Below, piece after piece: positions 49,575-59,483 of a stretch of DNA of 64,000 nucleotides. Numbering within the stretch: the first letter of the stretch is position 1; each line of letters begins with the position of its first letter. A program made the translations under genes and the position numbers. The notes beneath the pieces were generated by a model. It had not been told where the DNA came from. It searched no databases and saw only the letters and a list, made by a program, of their open reading frames with translations. Origin of the DNA: an uncultured Spirochaetia bacterium (GTDB lineage Bacteria; Spirochaetota; UBA4802; UBA5368); contig CALEGE010000009.1 of assembly GCA_937877025.1 (NCBI GenBank), positions 2,039 to 66,038 on the forward strand. Reading direction: 5' to 3'.

Positions 49575-50803
49575 ATTTCCACACCCTCCATCTGTTCGAG
49601 GGGTACGGCATCGAGCTCGAGTACATGATAGTGAAGAGCGACACCCTCGACGTGTATCCTGCCGCCGACATGCTGCTCGACGCGCTGGACGAAGCGAATG
49701 CGGGCGACGACATGCTGTCCTGGTCGAACGAACTCGTGCTTCATGTGATAGAGCTGAAAACCGGCGGCGCCGTGCCGTCGCTGGAGATGTTGCCGGCGGC
49801 GTTTGGCCGCAGCGTGCGGCGCATAAATGAAATATTGCAACCGCGTGGCGGAAGGCTGATGCCGACGGCGATGCATCCGTGGATGGACCCGTTGAAGGAA
49901 ACGCGGCTTTGGCCCCACGGCAGCGGGGAAGTCTACCAGGCGTTCAATAAAATATTCGATTGCCGGGGCCACGGCTGGGCGAACATTCAGAGCATGCACA
50001 TTAACCTCCCGTTTAACGGCGACGACGAATTCAGGCGGCTGCATGCGGCGGTACGGCTGGCGCTGCCGTTGATACCGGCGATTGCGGCGAGCTCGCCGCT
50101 GGTCGAAGGCCGTGTATCGGCGTTTAAAGATGCGCGGCTCGATTTCTACAGAAATAACCAGCGCCGCATTCCGTCGATTACCGGCATGATTATACCGGAG
50201 CCCGTCTTTACCCGCGACGAATACGAGCAAGTGATCAACCAGAAAATATACGCGGATATCGCGCCGCACGATCCCGATGGCATTTTGCGGGAGGAATGGC
50301 TCAATTCGCGCGGCGCGATCGCCCGTTTTACCCGCAACGCGATTGAAATCAGGATCATCGACATGCAGGAATGCCCGGAAGCTGATATGATCGTCGCCGC
50401 CGCGGTCATTGCTCTGATACGTGCGCTGGCCGACGAGCGGTGGATATCGTGTGAAGAACAGGCGCAATGGGATACGGCCGATCTCGCTGCGGTGCTTTCG
50501 TCGACCATCCTTGACGCCGAAAATGCCGTTATTCGAAACACAAACTACCCCGCGGCCTTCGGCATGCCGCCCGCGGAATGCGCCGCCGGCGATCTGTGGC
50601 GGCATATCGCCGGCCGCCTCTCGTCATGGCAGGCGGACTCTGCGTATTTCCCTGGCGGATTTGATGAAATGCTGCGGCGCGGCACGCTGTCCCGCCGCAT
50701 ACTTGGGGCGCTCGGCGGCCGGCCCGACCCGGAGCGGGTCCGCGCGGTGTACGCCGAGCTCTGTGACTGTCTCGACGAAGGGCGTTTTTTCCGCGGCCTG
50801 TAA
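49571..50803 (+). CDS. Glutamate--cysteine ligase family 2 (GCS2 / COOH-NH2 ligase)
   Basis: YGIELEY, NELVLHVIELKT, PTAMHP, NIQSMHINL, AASSP, IEIRIID. Overlaps the upstream stop (ATGA). Confidence 0.88.
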   Translation: MNFHTLHLFEGYGIELEYMIVKSDTLDVYPAADMLLDALDEANAGDDMLSWSNELVLHVIELKTGGAVPSLEMLPAAFGRSVRRINEILQPRGGRLMPTAMHPWMDPLKETRLWPHGSGEVYQAFNKIFDCRGHGWANIQSMHINLPFNGDDEFRRLHAAVRLALPLIPAIAASSPLVEGRVSAFKDARLDFYRNNQRRIPSITGMIIPEPVFTRDEYEQVINQKIYADIAPHDPDGILREEWLNSRGAIARFTRNAIEIRIIDMQECPEADMIVAAAVIALIRALADERWISCEEQAQWDTADLAAVLSSTILDAENAVIRNTNYPAAFGMPPAECAAGDLWRHIAGRLSSWQADSAYFPGGFDEMLRRGTLSRRILGALGGRPDPERVRAVYAELCDCLDEGRFFRGL

Positions 50804-50879
50804 TGGTGGTTGACATGCATCGTATATGACTGCATAACGCTTCCATTGCCGTGCAACGATTATGAACTGGAGATTGACA

Positions 50880-51500
50880 ATGACACCGCTTGCGCTTACC
50901 GCGATAACGAATTTCATGCTTGCCTGCGAGGTGTTTTTTTTCGCGGGATTATTGTTCGGCGGAAGGAGTGACATCTTTTCGGCGTATGGCTTCTGGGCGC
51001 TGTCGCAGTTTTTTCTTGGCGTGTCCGCGCTGATCGGCGGCGTGGATCACGGATTTTTCGAGCCAATGGGCCGGGATCATCCCGCGCGGGTTGTGTTCCA
51101 GAAATTGACCTGGTCGGCGATGGGACTGATGACATTCTGCATCCTCATGACGCTGACACTGCAATTTCTCCCGCAGCGGTATCACACCATCGTCGCCGTT
51201 GCCGGCATCCTTCAACTGGCTGTCTATTGCGTCTTGATGCTGAAAACCGACAAGTTTCTCACCGTGATACTCAATTACCTGCCGGTTGTATTGCTTTTTT
51301 TTATACTCAATGTCGCCGGTCTTGGCAGCGGTACAGGCAACTGGTGGTTCATAGCCGGTTTTCTTATATCGTTTGCGGCCTCCGTGTTGCAGATGATGAA
51401 GGTCAATATATTCGATCCTCTGAACTGGAATGGGCTCTACCATGTGATGATGATGGCTGCGGTTGTTTTTCTGTATTACGGGGGATTGTATTTGCAGTAA
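50880..51500 (+). CDS. Polytopic membrane protein (DUF6962-like) with conserved His residues
   Basis: About 7 TM helices, GGVDHGFF, NWNGLYHV. Confidence 0.7.
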   Translation: MTPLALTAITNFMLACEVFFFAGLLFGGRSDIFSAYGFWALSQFFLGVSALIGGVDHGFFEPMGRDHPARVVFQKLTWSAMGLMTFCILMTLTLQFLPQRYHTIVAVAGILQLAVYCVLMLKTDKFLTVILNYLPVVLLFFILNVAGLGSGTGNWWFIAGFLISFAASVLQMMKVNIFDPLNWNGLYHVMMMAAVVFLYYGGLYLQ

Positions 51501-51624
51501 GCGCTGAAATTGGTGTGCAGCAATTGATGTACGGTATGCATTTTTCCTTATAGATATTATATTTAATACATGCGGAATTGAGCATAATGCAGAAAAAGGA
51601 TGTATTGTAACGGGGGGATGCGCA

Positions 51625-52217
51625 ATGGCGACTCGCGGCGCGTACGGCGTGAAAATAGACGGCAAATACCGGTTGAATTATCACCACTTCGATTCGTTTC
51701 CCGAATATCTCGGCAGGGATATATGCAGCCTGATCGCGGAGATAAACCGTGACGGTGGATGGGACGTCTTTACGACGAATTTCAGAAAAGTGGCGCTGGT
51801 ATATCCTGGCGATACCGCCCCCGACGAGCTCGTGCAACGATACAAACATCCCAACGAGGAGGATGACGGAAAAGGGGTCGCCGAATGGTACAACCTTTTA
51901 CGCGGGTTTCAGGGCGCGCGTCTTTTACGGGGGATTTACAAAGGTGTACACCCCTGTAATATTCAAAAACCATTTCTTCGCACTTTCCGGAGGCGTCGGA
52001 TTTTATTCGGGATTCGTACTGTGAATACGCGTACGCCATCAATTGCGACGAAATGGTTTTTGAATATTACAGGGGTGGACAGACCTCGCCCCAGCCCGGC
52101 AATCCCTTCGGTATTACCCCCAACGCCGACGGCTATTATCCATGCAGGCTTGTCGTAAAAATTCCTCTTGCCGACATTGACGAAAACACATTTATGGAAC
52201 TGATCGACAGGGGCTGA
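51625..52217 (+). pseudogene. Frameshifted hypothetical gene of a phage-associated MxTRG...YxHxDxYP-type family
   Basis: N-terminal MATRGAYG...YHHFDSFPEYLG. The family-like C-terminus (PEASDFIRDSYCEYAYAINCD...YYPCRLV...IDRG*) is in the -1 frame from about 51960 to 52217. Confidence 0.65.
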
Positions 52218-52224
52218 TCTGGCG

Positions 52225-53361
52225 CTATCTTTGCAGCAGCGCTATTACCTCGATATGCTGCGTTGCGGGAAACATGTCGATGAACGTGATTTCCCGTATG
52301 CGGTAGCCGTCGGCGCCGAAGAGGCGCGTGTCACGCGCGAACGTTGACGGATCGCACGAGACGTATACGATGCGCTCCGGTTCGGCGGCGGCGATCATTG
52401 CGAGCGTCGATTTTGTAAGCCCGGCGCGCGGCGGGTCGACGATAATCGCGCGCATGCCTTTTTTTGGCGCCTGCATTGATGATGATGGCGCGGCGGTAAA
52501 GACGGCCGTGGGAATCGTGTTTGTTGCGGCATTGCGGTTTGCCCACATGATGCTTTTTCTATCGATGTCGACGCCCGTGCCGCGGGCGCCGTTTTTCGCG
52601 AGATGCAGCGTAAAGAATCCCACGCCGCAGCCGATATCGATAAATTCATCATCCGGACCGGCACCCGCGTACGCCGCCGCCGCGTTCAGCATCGACGTCC
52701 GCAGAAACCGGTTCGCCTGAAAAAAACAATCGATGTCCCTCTCGAACGCCAGGCCGTTTTCCGTCTCTCGCACAACGGTATTCTCGTCGACCGATGCCGC
52801 GACGCGGCCGTCCGCGCCAACCGCCAGCCGGAATTCACCGTTGCCGGGAAACGCGCCGGCATTCAGCCGTTGCGTAATCCGCTCGTCTAACAGGACGCAG
52901 CCTTCGGCGGGGAGCGGCACAAGCGTGTTCGATGCGCGCGCGAAAAATCCGGTATGCCCGGCTGAATCCCGCTGAATTCTCGCGTGGCTGCGGTAGTGCA
53001 GCCTGGGGCCATGAACACATGTAATTTCGGGGATTTGGCTGTCTGACAGCTTTGCGATGCGCTTCAGGTTTTCCGCGGCAATCGACGATTTTATTTCGAG
53101 CTCGGTTGCGTAATCGGCGTGAAGGTAATCACACCCGCCGCACCGAGAGAAGTTGGGGCATTCTGGTTGGCGCCGTGACGGTGATGGCGTGATGATTTCG
53201 AGCATGCGGCCGAAAGCGTGGGATTTTTTTGAGTCGGTGATTTCCACCGCCACGATGTCGCCCGGCAGCGTATAGGGAATGAATACAGCCCTGCCGCCGA
53301 GAAAGCCCAGACCGTAGCCGCCGTATACGCATTTTGCGATTGTAATGACGCTTCGTTCCAT
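52225..53361 (-). CDS. rlmD: 23S rRNA m5U methyltransferase, RlmD/TrmA family with TRAM domain
   Basis: CPNFSRCGGC, FFQAN, DIGCGVG, DPPRAG, YVSCDP, DMFPATQHIE. Confidence 0.9.
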   Translation of the reverse strand: MERSVITIAKCVYGGYGLGFLGGRAVFIPYTLPGDIVAVEITDSKKSHAFGRMLEIITPSPSRRQPECPNFSRCGGCDYLHADYATELEIKSSIAAENLKRIAKLSDSQIPEITCVHGPRLHYRSHARIQRDSAGHTGFFARASNTLVPLPAEGCVLLDERITQRLNAGAFPGNGEFRLAVGADGRVAASVDENTVVRETENGLAFERDIDCFFQANRFLRTSMLNAAAAYAGAGPDDEFIDIGCGVGFFTLHLAKNGARGTGVDIDRKSIMWANRNAATNTIPTAVFTAAPSSSMQAPKKGMRAIIVDPPRAGLTKSTLAMIAAAEPERIVYVSCDPSTFARDTRLFGADGYRIREITFIDMFPATQHIEVIALLQR

Positions 53362-53397
53362 TACGGCAAGACCATCCCACTACCGTGAAAAATGCAA

Positions 53398-54966
53398 TCA
53401 GATATTGGCGGGTGTTTTCCGCGTCCGCACACGGATTGCGGCGCTGCCGTGAACGGGGCATTTGTTTTCGCATATGCCGCACCCGATGCACACGGTTTCG
53501 AGCACGAAGGGAAGTTTTACTTTTACCGGCCGGCCTGTTTTGTCGATGATGGTTTCTTCCTTAAGCCTTATTGATTTCATTGCGGTGGGGCATACCTCTT
53601 CGCACACGATGCAGTTGCGGTGCTCCGCCCACGGAATACACAGATCGCGGGTGATGACCGCCGTACCAATGACGGCTGTTTCTTTCTGCGGAACCTCAAG
53701 CGGGCGAAGCGCGCCCGAAGGGCATACCTGCATACAGAGGTTACAGTTTTTTTCGCACCATCCGATTCGCGGGATGAGGCGGGGAGTAAACATCCCCTCG
53801 ATTCCCGATTCCACGAACGTCGGATGCAGGCCGTTCGTTGGACACACCTTCATGCATTCGCCGCAGCGCACGCATAACGAGAGGAATTCACTTTCGGGCA
53901 GCGCGCCCGGCGGTCGTATAACGGCGGAGCTGTCAGCCCTGTATGCCGCGTTCAGCCTGAATGCGGGAACAAGCGTCAGGGCGGTAATTGCCCCGGCAAG
54001 CACATCGCGCCGCGAAAAGCCGGGGCGCACACTTTTACGGGGGTCGCCCCCCGCCTTTTTTTTAAACGCTCTGATAAAGCCGAAACGAATGGCACCGTAT
54101 TCGCACGAGTCGAGGCATTCGAGGCATTGAATGCATTCGACGGGGCTTGTGCCGGTTCCGTCGTCCGAGATCGCGTTCATTCTGCACGCCTTTACGCACC
54201 TGAGACAACGCGTGCATTTCTCCGTGTCGACGATTCGCCTGAAAAAACTGATGCGCGACGATAACGCCAGGATCGCGCCAAGCGGGCACAGCGACTGGCA
54301 CCAGAACCGTCGCATCAGCGACGAGAGCGAAAGCAGCAGAATAAAGAACAGCAAAACCCACAGGTGATTGGCAAAGAGTACGGGGTTATAATCGAGTACG
54401 GAGTCTTTCAGGAACGAAAAGACCGGTTCAGTGATTGCGCCGATCAGCGGGAAGCCGCCGGCAATGGTAAAGACGCCCTTGACAATATAATCGGCGAATG
54501 GATACAAAACCGTGATGTAGCTTCTTGTGGCGAGCGATAGCGGATCGATGATGCCTGCGGCCTGAATGCCCGAAAGAGCCAAAAGCAGCGACACGGCGGC
54601 CAGTATGTATTTATACCGTTTCAGCGATATTGATTTTTCCGCATTTTTTAGCCTGTTCCTTTTTGCCGGATTCCACAGTCTGTCTGAAACATCGAGTGTT
54701 GCGCCGAGGGGGCACAGCCATCCGCAGAAGAGCCTGCCGAATACGGCCGTTGCGAGCACAATAATCGCTCCCGGCAAAAACGCCGAAAGAACCGTTCGCG
54801 CGGAGAACGACGCGGCAATGCCGAGGTGAACGGACATTTGCGGTACGATATCGCTTGCGCCGCCTGCGGGCAGGGGGTCGCGCGTGGCTATAAGCAGCGC
54901 AATAAAGGCAACCCACGCGGCGCATTGAACGGCGGCGCGTACCGTTGACCAGCGCGGGCTGTTCAT
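53398..54966 (-). CDS. Membrane-bound multi-[4Fe-4S] protein (NapH/MauN + MauM-like)
   Basis: FCGWLCPLG, WCQSLCPLG, several CxxCxxCxxxC motifs, RPPGA. Confidence 0.9.
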   Translation of the reverse strand: MNSPRWSTVRAAVQCAAWVAFIALLIATRDPLPAGGASDIVPQMSVHLGIAASFSARTVLSAFLPGAIIVLATAVFGRLFCGWLCPLGATLDVSDRLWNPAKRNRLKNAEKSISLKRYKYILAAVSLLLALSGIQAAGIIDPLSLATRSYITVLYPFADYIVKGVFTIAGGFPLIGAITEPVFSFLKDSVLDYNPVLFANHLWVLLFFILLLSLSSLMRRFWCQSLCPLGAILALSSRISFFRRIVDTEKCTRCLRCVKACRMNAISDDGTGTSPVECIQCLECLDSCEYGAIRFGFIRAFKKKAGGDPRKSVRPGFSRRDVLAGAITALTLVPAFRLNAAYRADSSAVIRPPGALPESEFLSLCVRCGECMKVCPTNGLHPTFVESGIEGMFTPRLIPRIGWCEKNCNLCMQVCPSGALRPLEVPQKETAVIGTAVITRDLCIPWAEHRNCIVCEEVCPTAMKSIRLKEETIIDKTGRPVKVKLPFVLETVCIGCGICENKCPVHGSAAIRVRTRKTPANI

Positions 54967-55913
54967 ACCGAGGCGCGCGTAATTTTCATGCGCGAGGTGT
55001 CGATTTCACCCATGCCCTCTTTCGACGCGAGCGCTAAAAACATTAGGTCGCGGGGTTTCATGCCGAAAAGCGTCGCGGTGAACGCGTCGACGGTGACGGG
55101 ATTCGTGCCGAAGACGATGGTTTTCGTTTCCCTCACGTCGCGCTGCGTGCCGCCGTTTGGCCCGTGACGCAGCAGAATGCGCGTGGCGTCCATGATGACA
55201 AGGTGCACTTTTATCGCCTTGTTGAAGTCGACAATGCTCGAATGGATGTCACCGTGATAGATACCGCGGTTGCCGCCGAGCACGCCCATCAGATTTTTCA
55301 TCGAGAGCGTCAGGGTCGATGATGAATGGTGTTTGGCGACAGGCATGTTGATGACGCAATCGGCGTTCAGTATATCCTCGTATACATGCAGCGTTGAATG
55401 CAGCAGTGCTCCGGGCACGCGCACCGTGCGGAACTTTCTGTCGTCGACAAACACGATATCGGCGCCTGCGTTTTCAGCGGCCTGCCGGATTCCGCTTGCG
55501 CGGTAGGTGAGGCGCGCCGAATTGACGCTTCTGTCGAATATGGTTACGCGGGCTCCTGCGCGTACGCACGTGCGGGCGACGGCCTCGACCATATACGGGT
55601 TTGTGTTATGCGGCATCTCCGGTGACGAGTTCCATCCGATATTGGGCTTGATGACCACATTCATGCCCTTTTTAACGAACCGCCCCACGTCGCCGATTCC
55701 CGCGAACCCCTTTTCGATCATTCTGAAAATGGTATCTTTCGAAATATCGTTCCCCTGAACGACAAAAAGGGAGTCGCCTGTCAGGGGCATGGGCGCTGCC
55801 GCATACAATTTTCGAAATTTGCCTGTTATTAATGGGAGCAAAATATATCCCGCAAGAAGACCCGCCGTGGCGCGGATAAAATCCCGCCGGGGAAGTTTCA
55901 GGTGAAAATTCAT
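54963..55913 (-). CDS. DUF362 domain protein with Tat-like signal
   Basis: RRDFI, VVIKPNIGW, TNP, PVAKHH, SMKNLMG, NPVTVD. Confidence 0.88.
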   Translation of the reverse strand: MNFHLKLPRRDFIRATAGLLAGYILLPLITGKFRKLYAAAPMPLTGDSLFVVQGNDISKDTIFRMIEKGFAGIGDVGRFVKKGMNVVIKPNIGWNSSPEMPHNTNPYMVEAVARTCVRAGARVTIFDRSVNSARLTYRASGIRQAAENAGADIVFVDDRKFRTVRVPGALLHSTLHVYEDILNADCVINMPVAKHHSSSTLTLSMKNLMGVLGGNRGIYHGDIHSSIVDFNKAIKVHLVIMDATRILLRHGPNGGTQRDVRETKTIVFGTNPVTVDAFTATLFGMKPRDLMFLALASKEGMGEIDTSRMKITRASV

Positions 55914-56456
55914 GGCGTATTCCTCCGTACGAATGAACGTCGTCCCCTCAGCGCGCAACGCCCCCCTCAGACCGTCACGTGTGTATCTTCGCGCAATGCG
56001 CCGCTCAAAGCGCGGCAGTACACAACGCCATTGCGGAATTCCACGGCCTGTCCTCGATTCCGTAATGCATAGCAGAGAGGTTTCTTTCAGTATACGCTAT
56101 CCGGCGGGTGGCGTAAACATAAATATTGAATTTGCCCCAGCCGTCACGTGTCAAAAAATAAGTGAAAAATATAAAAAAATGTTGACATATATTTCGAAAG
56201 GCGGCAATAGTATTTTATTGATTGGATGATAAATCAATATATTGGATGTTAAATCAAAATTTGTATACGCAAATAATTACTCATTGAAGGATAAAATTAA
56301 ACTGGTCACGTCCAGGGTGTGCTGGTCGTGATGCAGGCGCGCGAACAGGCGAAGCGCCCTTCATTGAGGAAAGAAAAAACTCGTGAAGTATTGGTTGGAT
56401 GACCAAATAAATATATGGCGGGCGGCCGGTTTGCTGCCCGTGAGGGATGATGCGCA

Positions 56457-57041
56457 ATGCTGTTGAAGGGGTGCCTGCATACGCATACCACATGCTCTGA
56501 CGGCACAATGACGCCGCAACAGGTGGCCGACGCGTATCAGGCGAAGGGATACGATTTCATCGCGTTTACCGATCACGATTATCTCCTCAAATCTGACAGC
56601 ATTGAGCGTTACCGGAGCGTTAAATCGGATATTGTAATACTGACCGGAATTGAGCTCACGGTGTTTATCAAGGGATATGTCCATGTGAGCAGAATTTATG
56701 GAAATGAGGAGCAGTTGCACGTGTTGAATCACCTTGGGGAATACGATCTTGCGATGGAACAGGTGTTAGACAGGATAGCGTGCGCCGCGGCGATGTTTCC
56801 GCTCGACGCGGTGGAAATCACATCGAAGGGATTTCGCGACAGGCGGTATGAAATCCCCGAAATACGGTATCCGAAAATCGCGTCGGACGACTCGCACGCG
56901 TTGGTGGGCATAGGAAGGGCGTGGATTGAGCTTGATGCGCGGCGCGACAAAGACGCGATTCTCAGGGAAATCAAACGCGGGAATTTCTGGAACTGCTATC
57001 TCGGGCAACGTGAGATGACGGGGGGAATAAAACAAATCTGA
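56457..57041 (+). CDS. PHP-family metallohydrolase
   Basis: LHTHTTCSDG, FIAFTDHD, GIE, NH, SDDSH. Confidence 0.85.
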   Translation: MLLKGCLHTHTTCSDGTMTPQQVADAYQAKGYDFIAFTDHDYLLKSDSIERYRSVKSDIVILTGIELTVFIKGYVHVSRIYGNEEQLHVLNHLGEYDLAMEQVLDRIACAAAMFPLDAVEITSKGFRDRRYEIPEIRYPKIASDDSHALVGIGRAWIELDARRDKDAILREIKRGNFWNCYLGQREMTGGIKQI

Positions 57042-57113
57042 TATACACGGCGAAACAAGCATCATGCCGCGCAGCGAAACCGTGCGGCAAAAAAGAGAGG
57101 AGGTCATTGTGTA

Positions 57114-58259
57114 ATGGGTAAACGAGTCGCACTATGCGCTGTGGCGCAAATTAAAAACGAGGGCGACCTCTGGCATGCTCGTTTTCAAAACATGCTCGTC
57201 GGATGCTTTGAATCGATTGTGCAGCAGACCGGGATTACCTTCGACATGGATAACGGCATACGGAACATCATTACCTGTTCCGATGACGTGTTCGATGCGC
57301 GTACAATCTCCGACAACGGCGTGACAGATGTCGTGGGCGCGCAATTCAGGGGCGAGGAAAAAATGGCGCAGGAAAGCATCAACGGCCTCGGCTACGCGAT
57401 GGCATGTATTCTGTCTGGGCATGATGATGTTATTCTGTACATGGGCCATTGCAAGGAATCGCAGGGCGAGAGCCGCGGGATGATAACCAACCTCGCATTC
57501 GATCCGTTCTATTGCAGGCCGCTCGGCCTTGATTTTATGAACGTGAACGCGCTGCAGGCGAGGGAGTACATGCAAAAATCGGGCCTGACCGACGGACACC
57601 TCGCGAAGGTTGTTGTGCGCTCGCGAAAGAACGCCAGAAAAAACCCATTTGCCCGCGACACGAAGGACGTGAGCGAGAACGATGTGATGCAATCGCCGTT
57701 TCTGGCCGACCCGATACGCGAACTGCATTATTACCCCGTTACCGACTGGGCGTACGGCATGCTGCTGTGTTGCGAGGAGCGGGTAAAGGAATTTACCGAC
57801 AGACCGGTGTGGATTACCGGCTACGGTTCGTGCATGGATTCGTACTTCCCCGGCGACAGGGACCTTACATCGAATTTCTCTCTGAAAAACGCGACAGCGC
57901 GCGCCTGCGAAAAAGCTGGCATAAAAAATATCCGAAAAAATATCGGCCTTTTCGAGCTCTGCGATCACGCGGCATATCAGCTTCCCATGTGGGCCGAAGG
58001 CGTCGGTATTGCGGCCGAGGCGAAAGGCGGCGCATGGATCGACAGCGGCGGCATGGACGAGTTCAATGTGAACCTTTCGGGCGGGCAGTTGAACGGGAAT
58101 CCCCTGCTTCTCGGCGGCGCGGCGAGAGCTATCGATTGTTTTTATCAGCTCCGCGGCGAAGCGGGAGGCCGGCAGGTGAAAGGCGTACAGCGCGCCCTCG
58201 CGCACGGCACCTATGGTGCGGCCGGACAGCACCAGGGTGTTGTCATAATGGAAGTATAG
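57114..58259 (+). CDS. Thiolase-fold (SCP-x type) protein, Ltp4-like
   Basis: DPFYCRPL, ALQAR, PFLADPIR, NLSGGQLNGNP, ALAHGTYG. No thiolase Cys or GHP motif. Confidence 0.85.
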   Translation: MGKRVALCAVAQIKNEGDLWHARFQNMLVGCFESIVQQTGITFDMDNGIRNIITCSDDVFDARTISDNGVTDVVGAQFRGEEKMAQESINGLGYAMACILSGHDDVILYMGHCKESQGESRGMITNLAFDPFYCRPLGLDFMNVNALQAREYMQKSGLTDGHLAKVVVRSRKNARKNPFARDTKDVSENDVMQSPFLADPIRELHYYPVTDWAYGMLLCCEERVKEFTDRPVWITGYGSCMDSYFPGDRDLTSNFSLKNATARACEKAGIKNIRKNIGLFELCDHAAYQLPMWAEGVGIAAEAKGGAWIDSGGMDEFNVNLSGGQLNGNPLLLGGAARAIDCFYQLRGEAGGRQVKGVQRALAHGTYGAAGQHQGVVIMEV

Positions 58260-58271
58260 GGAGGCGTATTC

Positions 58272-59471
58272 ATGACACACAGAAAAAAGAACAGGAATGT
58301 CGGCATTATCGGAATAGGCCAGACGAAGTATTCGAGCCACAGGGAAGATGTGAACCAGCCTGAAATGATACATGAAGCGGTTGAAGCGGCGCTCAAAGAC
58401 GCCGGCATCACGATGAAGGATGTCGACTGCGTTGTTCACGGAAACATGGAGCTCTTCGAGATGATACACCAGCCGGACCTTTGGCATACGATCGGCACAG
58501 GGGCGTGCGGCAAGGATTGCATCCGCATTACCACGGGCGGCACCGTCGGTGCGACGATATCGTGCGCGGCCGACAACCTTATTGCGTCGGGCATGTACGA
58601 TATCGTGATGGCGATAGGTTTTGAAAAACTGCAGGAAGGCCATACCACGGGCGGTATCACCAACATGGCCGACGCCCTCTGGTTTCGAAATTTACAGACC
58701 GGCGCGCTTACCGGGTCGAAGGCGTACGATGTTATACGCGAATTCGGGGAAGAGCGGGCGAAGCGGGTATCGATGAAGTACCGTATCATCATGGATAAGC
58801 ACGCGATGCGCAATCCGAAGGCGCACAGGGCCTTCGGCCTCGAATTTGAACAGATGGATAACCTCATTAAAACATCCCCGAAGCTTGTCGGCGACCTGAA
58901 GCTTATAGAGATGTGCTCGCAGTCGGACGGCGCGTGCGTGGTGATCTACGCCTGCGAAAAAAAAGCGAAACAACTTTCGAAAAACCCCGTGTGGATCCGC
59001 GACCACATTACCGTGCATCGCGAAGAGGTGTTCGTTATGTTCGGGTACGACGAAAAATACCCGTTCCCGATGACTCACAGGTTCGCGGCGGAACAGTTGT
59101 ACAAACGCAACGGTATTGACAGCCCGGTCGAATACTTCGACGTGTTCGAAATGTACGATCCCGCGTCATGGTGGGCGGTCGACTGGATTCGCGATTTCTT
59201 CCAGCTTAAAGGCGACGAGCATCTGAAGCTTGTTGAAAACGAGGAGATCATGATCGGCGGGAAGATGCCCATTAATCCGTCGGGCGGCGTTATTGCGTCG
59301 AATCCCATCGGTGCGACCGCGCTTGTGCGCATCGCCGAGGCGGCGCTGCAGATTCGGGGGGATGCGGGCGATCACCAGATCCCGACACCGGTAAGCCACG
59401 CCCTTGCGTCGGGATTCGGCGGAACCATGTGGACGGTGCTTACGATGCTTGAAAAGGAACTCAACTGGTAA
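58272..59471 (+). CDS. Thiolase-fold (SCP-x type) protein, Ltp3-like
   Basis: GIGQTKY, IRITTGGTVGAT, SDGAC, EMYDP, NPSGGVIASNPIGAT. Confidence 0.88.
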   Translation: MTHRKKNRNVGIIGIGQTKYSSHREDVNQPEMIHEAVEAALKDAGITMKDVDCVVHGNMELFEMIHQPDLWHTIGTGACGKDCIRITTGGTVGATISCAADNLIASGMYDIVMAIGFEKLQEGHTTGGITNMADALWFRNLQTGALTGSKAYDVIREFGEERAKRVSMKYRIIMDKHAMRNPKAHRAFGLEFEQMDNLIKTSPKLVGDLKLIEMCSQSDGACVVIYACEKKAKQLSKNPVWIRDHITVHREEVFVMFGYDEKYPFPMTHRFAAEQLYKRNGIDSPVEYFDVFEMYDPASWWAVDWIRDFFQLKGDEHLKLVENEEIMIGGKMPINPSGGVIASNPIGATALVRIAEAALQIRGDAGDHQIPTPVSHALASGFGGTMWTVLTMLEKELNW

Positions 59472-59483
59472 GGGGGGAAGGCG

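Noticed and set aside
49571-50803. Standard glutathione biosynthesis (gshA-gshB)
   Set aside because: The partner ligase carries an RLAN domain rather than a GshB N-domain and is linked to a C39-like peptidase. Not fully excluded without assays.
51955-51990. Programmed -1 ribosomal frameshift
   Set aside because: Only five A residues are present, with no canonical X XXY YYZ heptamer and no obvious stimulatory structure. A mutation or sequencing error is more likely.
57114-59471. Ordinary beta-oxidation thiolases (FadA/AtoB)
   Set aside because: The catalytic Cys, the NEAF/HDxF His and the GHP/CxG motifs are missing from both proteins.
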